From Octopus sinensis (Eukaryota): a DNA stretch of 64,000 bases. Positions 52,480 to 64,000 of this stretch are shown here, piece after piece. A program made the translations under genes and the position numbers. The first letter of the stretch is position 1. The number at the start of each line of letters is the position of its first letter. Below the pieces are notes generated by a model that saw nothing but the letters and a program-made list of their open reading frames with translations, had not been told where the DNA came from and did not search any database. The stretch is from contig NC_043015.1 of assembly GCF_006345805.1 (NCBI RefSeq), forward strand, positions 43,462,001 through 43,526,000, written 5' to 3'.

Positions 52480-53100
52480 AACAAAATGAGCCACGCTTGT
52501 TTAATCAGAAAGGTTTGAAAGATTTAGTGAAAGATCTTGTATTTCTAAAGGAGAAAGCAGAAGTTTTAGGACCCAGACCACATCAATGGAATCTCCTACA
52601 GCAAGGTGCGAAAACTTTTATTTCCGTTCTCTCCTTGAAGGCTTATCCGTCTTTTTCAAGCAAGGAAATAATGCTTGTTTCTGTACTGACATTAATACAC
52701 TCTAGCAAAAACTGGTACACGAGCATGTGGTTAACGAATAGAGATTGTTTATAGATTCGAGTAAGGTTGGACTCAAAGCTGTGTTGTTACATAATGGTAA
52801 TGAAAAACCTTCCATTCCTGTGGGTCATGTTGTCGGTATAGAAGAAACTTATGAATCTATGGAACTCATTTTGAAAGGAGTTAATAACTCAGTTCATAAG
52901 TGGAATATTTTTGGTTATTTAAAGGAGATTTCTTTCCTCCTACGACTGCAGTTGGGATATACCAAAAATATGTGCTTCTTGTGTGTTTGGAACAGCCTCA
53001 ATGACGGCAATCATTACACTTTCTCTAAGCCCTGTAATAGCACTAGGAAATTTCGACCTCCAAACAGGACATTCGTGACACCCTTGAAGCGAAAGACTTT
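52480..53100 (+). mobile_element. Chapaev-type (CMC) transposase central-region remnant
   Basis: NEPRLFNQKGLKDLVKDLVFLKEKAEVLGPRPHQWNLLQ, then FIDSSKVGLKAVLLHNGNEKPSIPVGHVVGIEETYESMELILKGVNNSVHKWNIFGYLKEISFLLRLQLGYTKNMCFLCVWNS. Matches the FIDSSKxSLKAVLLHNGN..GDLKV..LGLQxGYTKxxCFLCxWDS family. Confidence 0.85.
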
Positions 53101-53149
53101 TCAGCACACACTTCGCGTATATACATATAATATATATAATATCCATATC

Positions 53150-53308
53150 TGGAGTGGCTGTGTGGTAAGTAGCTTGCTTACCAACCACATGGTTCCGGGT
53201 TCAGTCCCACTGCGTGTCACTTTGCGCAAGTGTCTTCTACTATAGCCTCGAGCCGACCAAAGCCTTGTGAGTGGATTTGGTAGACGGAAACTGAAAAGAA
53301 GCCCGTCG

Positions 53309-53341
<33 letters not shown>

Positions 53342-53345
53342 ATTA

Positions 53346-53379
<34 letters not shown>

Positions 53380-53591
53380 TGTGTTGTGTATCTGTGTTTG
53401 TCCCCCCAACATCGCTTGACAACCGATGGTGGTGTGTTTACGTTCCCGTAACTTAGCAGTTCAGCAAATAAAACCGATAGAATAAATACTAGGCTTACAA
53501 AGAATAAGTCCTGGGGTCGATTTGCTCGACTAAAGGCGGTGCTCCAGCATGTCCGCAGTCAAATGACTGAAACAAGTAAAGAGTAAAAGAG
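53150..53591 (+). mobile_element. SINE family B, full length, well preserved
   Basis: Head, CORE-like block, internal (TA)/(TG)n, 3' module and (TAAAAGAG)2 tail. Confidence 0.93.
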
Positions 53592-53618
53592 TATATATAT
53601 TTACACACACACACACTC

Positions 53619-53692
<74 letters not shown>

Positions 53693-54433
53693 CATATATA
53701 TGTATACATATATGTATATGTAAATACATATAAATACATATACAAAATTATATACATATGTATTCAAAGTGTGCGTTCATGATCATAATGAATGCATTCA
53801 CACCTAGGAGAAGGTCGACCAGAAGAGAGGCAATGTGTGGATATTTTAAACATTCCTAACAGTTAAGTTAAACAGTGTACGCTACAGCTCTGCAGCCGTA
53901 CTAGTTCTGAGACTAAGCAAGTGCCAGAAGCAAACCTGATATAATGAACTCTAAGTAGGATGTTCAATATATATTCCACTCTGCTTTCCTCTCCCTTCCA
54001 GCAAACACACACACATACACACACATCCATACACACGCACATACATTTACATACATGCGGACATATACTCCCAGGCGCGTATAGCATTCATATGTTTTGG
54101 CTAATATGCATATATCGTGTGAAAGCAGAACGGCCTTCTGTTAGGAAGATAACAAACAGACACACCCATCTATCAACGAAATCTTTCGTCAAGAACCTGA
54201 AGGTAGGACATCAATATATTTCACTGTCGACCAGCATCGGGTATCGGTACTATCGTATTTATCGAGAAACGTCCACAGATCTTCAGGGTATATCAATTTT
54301 CTGTTAATTAATGCAATTATATCGGAAACATGCATGTTGTTTATGATGTATTCTCTGTCTTCCGATCGCACACACACACACACATACACAAACACACACG
54401 CACACACATACACACACACACACACACGTATCG

Positions 54434-54750
54434 TGGGTACACAATCATGTTTATCTTAGTACATGTGCTGATGACGTAAATGTAAAGCGTATGTTTATAC
54501 ATAATGTATACACCAGTATACAGGTTTGTCAATATTTATCCATTTCATGCGTATATCTCTATTCACTTCCTACACCACACACACCACACACACCACACAC
54601 ACACATATACGTACTCTGGGTACACAATCATGTTTATCTAGTACATGTGCTGATGACGTAAATGTAAGCGTATGTTTATACATAATGTATACACTAGTAT
54701 ACAGGTTTGTCAATATTTATCCATTCATGCGTATATCTCTATTCACTTCC
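54434..54750 (+). repeat. Tandem duplication of ~137 bp (54434-54570 and 54617-54750)
   Basis: Copies differ by three 1-nt homopolymer indels and one substitution. Confidence 0.9.
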
Positions 54751-55004
54751 ATACACACACACACACACACACACACACCACAACACACACATATATATTT
54801 CTTCAAAAACTATGTCATTGTAGGAAAGAGAGAGAGATAGATAGATAGATAGATAGATATGTATAAAAGGATAAATATAGATATAGATGCATATGAATTT
54901 GGCATTAGAGTAATGCTAAGCTTTAACCTAAGTGTTAAAAAATATTCAACTCTCAATATCATTATACATATGCTAATTGCATTTAAGCAAAATATATATT
55001 TAGT

Positions 55005-55250
55005 TTTTTATCTTTTGTTTGTCTTAGTCATTAGACTGCGACCATGTTGCGGTACCTCAGTTGAGAATTTCGGTCGAAAGAATCAACCCTAATATTTATT
55101 ATTTTGAAAAAATTATTCTATCAATCTCTTTTGCCGAACCTAAAAGTTATGGGAACGTAAACACAGACACAAAGGCCTCTCTATCTCTCTCTCTACCTCT
55201 CTCTTTCTCCCTCTATCTCTATCTACCTCACTCTCTCTTCTCTCTCTCTC

Positions 55251-55288
<38 letters not shown>

Positions 55289-56365
55289 GGGCGGGTTTCT
55301 TTCAGTTTCCGTCTGGTAAATCATCTCACAAGGCTTTGGGTGGCTCGCGGCTATAGCAGAGAAAACTCCCTCAAGCTTCCACAAAGTGGAACTGAACCTG
55401 GAACCATGTGCCTGGGAATGAAACGTCTTACCACATACCCACGCCTGCACTACACCCCCTACACATACACAAACACCACACACACACAATCTTATATATA
55501 TATATATATATATATGTTGTGTGTGTGTGTATGCCTGGCATTATGTACAGAAATGTGTGTTCGAGTACGTGCATTTGCCTGTTTCCCCCACTGCTTACAT
55601 ATACCATGCTAATTTATTTGCGCTCACTGGACTTAGCGATTCGACAAAAGGAACTAATATCATAAATACCAGGTTTAAAAACCCAACAAAATAAGGCAAT
55701 AGTGTGGTCGATGTGTCTCCACTAACCCCCTTTAAGGTGATGTCCCAGCATGTCCGCAGACCAGTGTCCCTGGTCAGTAAAATATAAAAGATAAATTATG
55801 TAAACTTTGTTTATTTTTGAAATTTTGTCATGAAGATATAACAAGAGAAAGATGTAGGAGTGGTTGTGTGGTACGTAGCTTGCTTACGAACCACATGGCT
55901 CCGGGTTCAGTCGCACAGCGTGGCACCTTAGGCAAGTGCCTTCTACTACTATAACCTCGGGCCGACTAAAACCTTGTGAGTTGATTTGGTAGACGGAAAC
56001 TGAAAGAAGCTTGTCGTGTATATATATAAATTAATTTTATATATTGGCTTATGTTTTTCATTGTTTGATTTGCCTAATAGTGGTTTTATCTCTAATTTAA
56101 TATAATATAATATAATATATTTATACTATAAAATTGGATTTAATCCTAAATCTGATTTTTCCCTGTAAGTTTGGATTTATTCCCTAATATTTTATTATTT
56201 ATATATAAATATATATATATATGCAACATATAATTTTATGATTTTAACCTTGAAAAGTATTTTAATATGCTGCCACTTTTTTTGATGAAATTTGTGTCTG
56301 TAAAAACACTTCATCCTATATTAGTAGTAGTATATATGTATATATATTATACATATATATATATA

Positions 56366-56415
<50 letters not shown>

Positions 56416-56636
56416 TGTGTGTCTGTGTTTGTCCTGCACCATCGCTTGACAACCGATGCTCGTGTGTTTACGTCCCCGTAACTGTAGCGGTTCGGCAAAA
56501 GGAACCGATAGAATAAGTACTAGGCTTACAAAGAATAAGTCCTGGCGTCGATTTGCTCGACTACAGGCGGTGCTCCAGCATGGCCACAGTCACAAGACTG
56601 AAACAAGTAAAAGTGTAAAAGAGTAAAAGAGTAAAA
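55005..56636. mobile_element. Two SINE B copies: minus 55005-55448 (decayed) and plus 55853-56636 (internal region expanded to ~400 bp)
   Basis: Both halves are recognisable in each copy. The second has extra AT-rich sequence inside its internal microsatellite and a (TAAAAGAG)n tail. Confidence 0.82.
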
Positions 56637-56888
56637 ATGTATGGATGGCAAAACTACTACACGGTGCTAATTATCTTGGAATGTTGGGCCCTCAAAACCA
56701 CTCAAATTTATCGTCAGCGACAAATTTGAGAAAATAATCAAAGTAATTAGTGTGGCAAATAAAAATATAAATAGCCGTTTAATGATTTTTTCCCCAAGTT
56801 TTATAGGCGAGAAAAAATATTTATGCAGTCTTGGCCGAAATCAAACTATATTGATGTAAAATACCATTAAATGTGGGCAATAAAGCAC

Positions 56889-56928
<40 letters not shown>

Positions 56929-57344
56929 TATTATATAATATTATATATATATATATATATATATAAGCAACAAGGATATCCAAGGTAGTGTAGTACAATC
57001 ACTTTCATGCTACTTCATTTTATTAAACCCTGTAAGTATTACATCAGTTTTAAAATGTCGAGCAACCTACAGCCACATATAGAATTTTTCAATTAAACGG
57101 ACAATGCACATTCTTATCCTTATTTCATTTGCCAATATTACAAAGAGGGTAGATATATAGACCGAGAGGTTAATCTCATCATTAGGAACATGATGGTAGT
57201 ATGTTCATTCTCCGTCTGTAGATTATATATATATATAAAACTATAAGCCAATCGAATCTATCTAGAATAATCAATATCAAGCGGACAGATGAATTAGACT
57301 TATTGATATGTAGATGTCCGCTTGCTGTACATAGTACAATCATG

Positions 57345-57413
<69 letters not shown>

Positions 57414-58014
57414 ATCAATATTAATTTTATTGACTTTTTGTAGGGTTATACATTTTAAGGAACTGAACTGTGTGTTTTATACATATATATATATCTGCTT
57501 TAAATTTAAATGTGAGTGTACATGTATTTCCTTGATGTTTGTTATGGAACTAGGAGTCCAATATGGAAAATAACTTGTCCTCACGGCCGAAACAGCTGTC
57601 AGATATGATGTAATTGCATTTTATATTTCTATTTCCATGTCTAGTTATATTTACAATATATTATGTATAATGTCTTTGCTGTTATGTAATGGTGTAATAA
57701 AGTATTGATTGGGTATTATCCGATGGTTGATGAGTGATTGATTTAAGTATGTTCTTCTTTCTCATTTTCTCATTTTGTGTATATATATATATATATATAT
57801 ATATTATTATATATATACATACATATATATAATAAGATTTATGGCGTAAAAATTATGAGTATAAGTTTATTTTTAGAAGGTTTAATATTCAAAGAAAAGA
57901 TTTGGACGGGGATGGCGACGACGAGAATAATAAAGACATTGGAGGTGGTGATGGAAGGTGGTTTGAATGTTTGGGGTTATATGTATATATATATAATTAT
58001 ATATATATTATATA

Positions 58015-58062
<48 letters not shown>

Positions 58063-58259
58063 CATATATATATTATATAACATATTATATATATATACAT
58101 ATATATATATATATACCTATACATATATATGTGTGTGCATATGTGTATGTGTGTGTGTGTACGTATCTGTGTTTGTGTATACATGTGTGTGTGCGTTTGT
58201 GTGTCTACACGCTGGCGCGCTTGTGTTTACTGTTTCCGGTGTCTGAAATATTCCATTTC

Positions 58260-58789
58260 TAATATTTTAGCATCAACGTCGTTGTCGTCGTCGGCGTTGT
58301 CATCATCATCATCATCAACACCTGCAACTCCACCCCACTACTGCCTCTACTCCTCCTCTTTCTTCTCCTCCTCCTTCACCACCACAAGAACCTTTACTAT
58401 AATTGGCATCACCATCATCATCATCATCACCCATCTTTAACCCCACTTTCAAACCAGCATCCGCCACCACTACCACCTCCACTTTCTTATTCTCGTCGTC
58501 GCCATCCCCGTCCAAATTCTTTCCTTTGAATATTAAAACCTTCTAAAAATACAATTATGCTCGTAAATTTTTACACCGATCGTTTTTCTAATTGTCAAAC
58601 AAACATAAATGTGTAGAATTACGTCGCCTAACACCCCACTGGAATTTTCTTTCGTTGCATAAACTTGCATTGTTAATGCAGATTACGTTTTTGTTTTTAG
58701 AACTTACTGAATTTACAAGATGGCTACGGACGAAATAGATAACGACGACAATGAAACTCCTGATGATGATGAGGATGATGACGATGATG

Positions 58790-58862
<73 letters not shown>

Positions 58863-59115
58863 CGACGATGATGATGACGACGACGACGACGAATGCGGTG
58901 ATAGTTCTGAACAGACCAAACAACGATTGTGGTAATGCCGATGTTGATGGATGATGTTGATGACGATAACGATGACGATGAGGAGGAAGATAAGAAGGAG
59001 GAGGAAGACGGGGAGGAGGAGGAGGATGACAGCGACAACGATAACGGTGATGATGATGACGGTAATGATTATGACGATGAGGGGCGAGGAGGAGGAGGAA
59101 GAGGAGAATAATGAT
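58260..59115. repeat. (CAT/GAT)n, (GAC)n and (GAG)n trinucleotide low-complexity region
   Basis: Direct reading. Confidence 0.9.
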
Positions 59116-59430
59116 GTTAGTGATGTCATGTTGCTAATTAAGACGATAATATAGAGAACGTTATCAACATTTTTCGATAAGGGATTTGTAGCTTGTATTG
59201 ACCTCTCTCTAATCAAATCAAAATGCACTTCGAAAGGATTAGAGCTAAATCATAAGGAAGATCTCTGTTGAAGAATTATGTGTTTTACACACTGCTGACA
59301 GCGTCAGAGCGAATGACACAGCGCAGCTGTAGAAACACTAACGTTATATGTTTGGCAGCTGATGTTGTATACGACTGTGTTCCCGTAGCTCTAAGTTGTA
59401 CTTCATTGAGATTCTCGTTCTTATTTAAAT

Positions 59431-59548
59431 TTATTTACATTCAACGCATATTTGACCTCATCTTGTTTGTGGTTAACGCATCGTTTCGACTGATATACCC
59501 TCAAAACTTCGTCAGGTGTCTTGGGAAATTTCGAGCCTGGGTTCTCAT
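59431..59548 (-). mobile_element. Decayed copy of the hammerhead element
   Basis: GACAC-CUGACGA-A-GUUUU-GAGGGUAUAU-CAGUC-GAAAC-GAU-GCGUU at 59475-59520, with stem II and the triplet damaged. Flanks match the 36 kb copies. Confidence 0.82.
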
Positions 59549-60719
59549 ATATATATATATATAATTATATAAAATATTCTTCTGCCGGTTTCACTCATTA
59601 GACTTCGGCCACACTTAGATGCATTTCTGAAATGTTTTGTCAAAGAAATGGGTTCCGGTGATAATGTTAAGCTTGGTACATTTTCTATCGTGGCCATTTT
59701 GTCTAGCTGTTAATCATGCAGATTTAACACAAGCAAACATTAGAGGTTAAGTCGTAACAAACGAATAAAAACTCATAGTTTCACACACGTACACACACAC
59801 ACAAGCAAACAAACACATTCACGCACACTTACAGACACCCACGTGTACACACAAACACATTGACACACACACACACAGACACAGATACGCGCAGAGAGGA
59901 AAAGACGGAGTATTTACAAATCTATACATTAATTATCTCCAATTAAGCGGAAGCCAAATTTTGTCTTGATTTTTTTTTTATTTGTCATCGATTCTATACA
60001 AGTCCTGTCGTAGGTGTTGATTTCATTCTATTTTCAATAAAAGTTATATTTTTTTAAAAACTGCTAAAAAATATACCTTCGTGCACAAAAATAATTAAAT
60101 AATAGTTTTGGAAGTTTCGAATAATCATCTTCCTAATTGGTCTAACCTTATAGATTATTGCCTTAAACATCAGAATATATAATCATCGCCGCAAGTTACG
60201 ATATCTGATTGCTAATTATACCTAATTAGCTTGTTGTCGCTCCTCCTCGTCGTCTTGAACATGATTGCAAAGAAATAGATAAGTTTTTCTGCTACTTTTT
60301 TTTCTCTCTTATCTTCGAAGTATGTAATATTTATTCTCTTCAGATAGTTTGTGATTGTACTTTGGTCGTGTTTTACAGTAATCTAAATATCTGTACATTA
60401 TAAATAAATGCACTTGACTAATACTTAAAATAAATAAATGCGTTTGGGTAACAGACTTTGAGTACAAGATAACTTCAGATTTTATTTCAGATATTATTGG
60501 GTTGTCTTTTTTTTTTATTTCTACTTGGCACTTTTCATATGTTTGAAGAGGGGAAATTTTATTTAAGTTTCAAAACTGATAAACGAAACCCGAAGGGGAA
60601 AAATCGAGCTACAGAAAATGTCATAAACACTTTTCATTATCATTAACACTTAGACATTATTGTCTAAATGTTAATGATTGATATTGTCTCCTTACCTAGT
60701 AGTAGTAGTAGTAGTAGTT

Positions 60720-60761
<42 letters not shown>

Positions 60762-61384
60762 ATAATAATAATAGCAATAATAATAGCAACAACAGCATTA
60801 GCAATACTTTTAACCGATATCATGGCCACCCCGCCTTGGACAGAACATCCGTCCTTCTAAAGGTCACTCAGTTAGAGCTGTGTGGGCTGGAGTATCGAGG
60901 AACGAAGTGTTTTCGGTCAATAACACAACGCAACGGCTGACTCGTATTCGAAACCACGATCTAGGGTTTCCTTAATAACCAGGCCACATGTCTTCAAGTA
61001 CTACAATAAAAAAATACTATTCGTGTTAATTTGAATCGCAAATGGGAATGTTTGAAATAAATGCAGAAGAAAAGAAAACCAACGTTTTACCTGACAGCTC
61101 AATGCATAGGTACACAGTCAGACATTTAATCTTGATAACGAGTTGGGGCAGACGACCAACACTAAATGATTGAGTGCCATTTACGTTATAGACTCCGAAG
61201 GATTGAAACATAAGAGAAACATCGAAGAGAAACAAAAACTATGTAATGATTTCAATTTATTGTTATATCATTTCAGATGGTATTCTTGCTTATGGCAGAG
61301 AATTCGAAATACATTTTTTAAATTTAGAATTAGGGTAACGTTACCCGATATTTTCATTTATCAGTGACCACCCATTTGAATTCA

Positions 61385-61595
61385 AGAATCGAGGCATAAC
61401 ATCGCCATCACTAGTGATCACTCCTAACACCATGATGTTGACTAGATGTTTGATTTTTAGCCCTCTCAGTACATGTCCTCAGATTTCACTCTCCTCTGAT
61501 TGACACTCAAACACTGTAATATTCGTATCGGATCTTCAGGCGCGAATGCCAAGCAGTACATCATGTCGTTTCCAAATTTCTGGCAGAATTAATTG
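61385..61595 (-). pseudogene. Tc1/mariner-superfamily transposase catalytic-region remnant
   Basis: NFCQ...LAFAPEDP...KIKHLVNIMVLGVITSDGDVMP resembles KTKHPxxVMVxGVVxSDGxVMPP. Confidence 0.7.
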
Positions 61596-62194
61596 CGTCA
61601 TTGTGCTGTTCTTCTCACAGATGGTGCCCAACTGACCCAACTATACTATGTAGTCAACGAAATACAAATGGGCATGCGCGAAATTAAAAATATAGAATGG
61701 CGATAATTTACCCATCGCACCCTATATATCCTTATTTTTTTTATTTGTGTGCCAGTGTATGTGTCTGCGTACGTAATGTATGTATGCGCGTATACCTGCG
61801 CGCGCACGCGTATATTTGAGTATGGCGATATAGATTTCTTCTTTTAAATCGTTTATTAAAATCATGACTGCAATCTATCTTTTATTAATCACTTTTCTTA
61901 GTATTTCCGTTCTAATCCTCTATGTTTACTTTAAAACAATAAACTTCCTAACTAAACATCGATTTTTGTTGACCCTACCACTCGATTCTTCCGGATTAAA
62001 TGGCTATTAATGGCGCTTCCTATTAACTGTTAATACTTGCTAAGATATGATTGTTTTGCTTCTCTAATAATATTGTCAACGCTGGAGTCAAATCACGCCA
62101 ACAATCTGAAACTAAGTGAATTCTGTTACTTCCCAGGTGGTTTATTTTGTTATTATTTTGTGATTAGAATTTTTCAGGAAAGAATCGCAACGTA

Positions 62195-62346
62195 GATACT
62201 CGAAGACAAGTCAACCGGTTGGAGACCAAGGAATTGACCAAGAACCAAATGGCTGGATAATGTCCAAAGTCTAAGTTGGCCACACATGGAGATCGAACCA
62301 GAAAAGCTAATGACACGTCTGATAGCTCCCCATGGACGAGGTTCTT
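62195..62346 (+). pseudogene. RTE-clade LINE C-terminal remnant
   Basis: *PRTKWLDNVQSLSWPHMEIEPEKL resembles GRPRTRWLDxIxxLxWxxLGIxPEEL. Confidence 0.65.
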
Positions 62347-62704
62347 GATAATTCTACACCCATAGTAAAGAAATAGATAATTCTACACCCACGATGATTG
62401 GATGGATGGATGGATGGATGGATGGATAATGTATGCGCTTGTTCTTAAATTTTGTGGGACTCTATAAAAATGGTTACATAATCAACAAATTTCTTTTTCT
62501 AGCTTCTGTTATTTTATATATGTTCGAAGGTTTAATAACGGACACAGTTTGTGTGTCAAGTAGCTAGCTTGAGGCGATGGCTTCATGGAGCTAATCAGCG
62601 ACAGCTTTATTCTTATTTTTAAGAATGCCATATTAGTATGGCGATAACTATTAATTTCCAGAAACGCTGTCGTAATCTCTTTTAAAGAGACTTAGTAATT
62701 TTAA

Positions 62705-63065
<361 letters not shown>

Positions 63066-64000
63066 TATGGTAGTGGTGGTGTCGCTCTTGATCACAAATA
63101 TATTCAAATTCCGGGACCGAAGGTTAAGAACATCTAGTTTCGAATAATAATAAAAAATCAGGATTTTCATTAACGTTTGCGACATACATATGTCTGTGGC
63201 AGGTTGGAAATTTCAAAACAATTGATCAAATGCACTGGTCTGTACAAGCCTGAGTTCTAAACCAGAGTCTTCAGCTTTCAGTGTTTCAGAATATGTTCGT
63301 GCCTCGCTACCGCGGGATTTGGTGTTTAGCCACACTGGACACAACGCCAGAATTTCATAGATATCATGTCTGGCCTCTTGACACGTACAATTCGATTCAA
63401 GTTAGTTCTTTCTTACTGCTGGCATTATGTTATAATAGGGTACCTATCATACATATAACACTTATCGTGTGGTATCATTTCAAATCTACCATATAATATA
63501 AAGACATAATCACATACACATACACACACGTATTTTTACGCTTGTATCTATGTTTCTTAGTGTCTGTAGAAAGACGGAGAGGTTGAAAGAAACAGCTTGA
63601 ATGAAACAATGAAACGGAGAGAACAATAGCAAAATATGACAAGAAAGATTAAACTATACATTAAATAAGTGAATATATTCTCTGAAATGAATGTTTAAGT
63701 TCCAAGTGATGGCTATTATTATTACTCATTAAAACATTACACGACAAAATCTTGGCAAAACTTCTTACCACTTCGTCTAACTACTCATTACTATCAGCGT
63801 GAGATAATTCTGTAATTACACAATAGTTAATGATAGATATCTTTACAAATTGTCCGCCATCGCTGAATTATTTATTAACGATAGAATGTCGTATCAGTTT
63901 GCTCTATTTTGCATTCTTTGTTCATTGTAGCTCCCAAGCTAAATTACTATCCTGCAGCTTTTGGCAAAACATTTGTCACAATTTATTTTTGCTGAAGATA

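Noticed and set aside
58720-59154. Acidic ORFs (MATDEIDNDDNETPDDDED..., DEEEDKKEEEDG...) resembling nucleolin-like acidic tracts
   Set aside because: They lie in (GAT)/(GAG) trinucleotide repeats, are open on both strands, and have no flanking domain or convincing splice sites.
63200-63420. Minus-strand CVQCG...ARHEHIL, reminiscent of an RLE zinc knuckle
   Set aside because: Too short and interrupted by stops to support.

Overview
AT-rich, microsatellite-dense eukaryotic DNA. The repeat families and (TA)n/(TATG)n/(AAT)n load suggest an octopus (coleoid cephalopod) genome; this is inference. I cannot support any intact host protein-coding exon: nearly all listed ORFs are microsatellite read-throughs or transposon debris. 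The window holds at least four tRNA-derived SINE families (labelled A-D here), remnants of RTE, CR1/L2-like, HERO-like, R4/Dong-like and another RLE-type LINE, three non-autonomous Helitrons, Tc1/mariner and Chapaev (CMC) transposase remnants, a 120-bp palindrome, a ~1.46-kb inverted repeat and a 100-N gap. Highlights: (i) a short repeat family carrying a minimal type I hammerhead ribozyme (two intact copies, two decayed, and one fragment starting at the predicted cleavage site), arranged like Penelope-type inverted pseudo-LTRs; (ii) a 39-nt 3'-terminal signal shared by SINE-B and a CR1/L2-like LINE, with three compensatory base-pair changes in its stem-loop.
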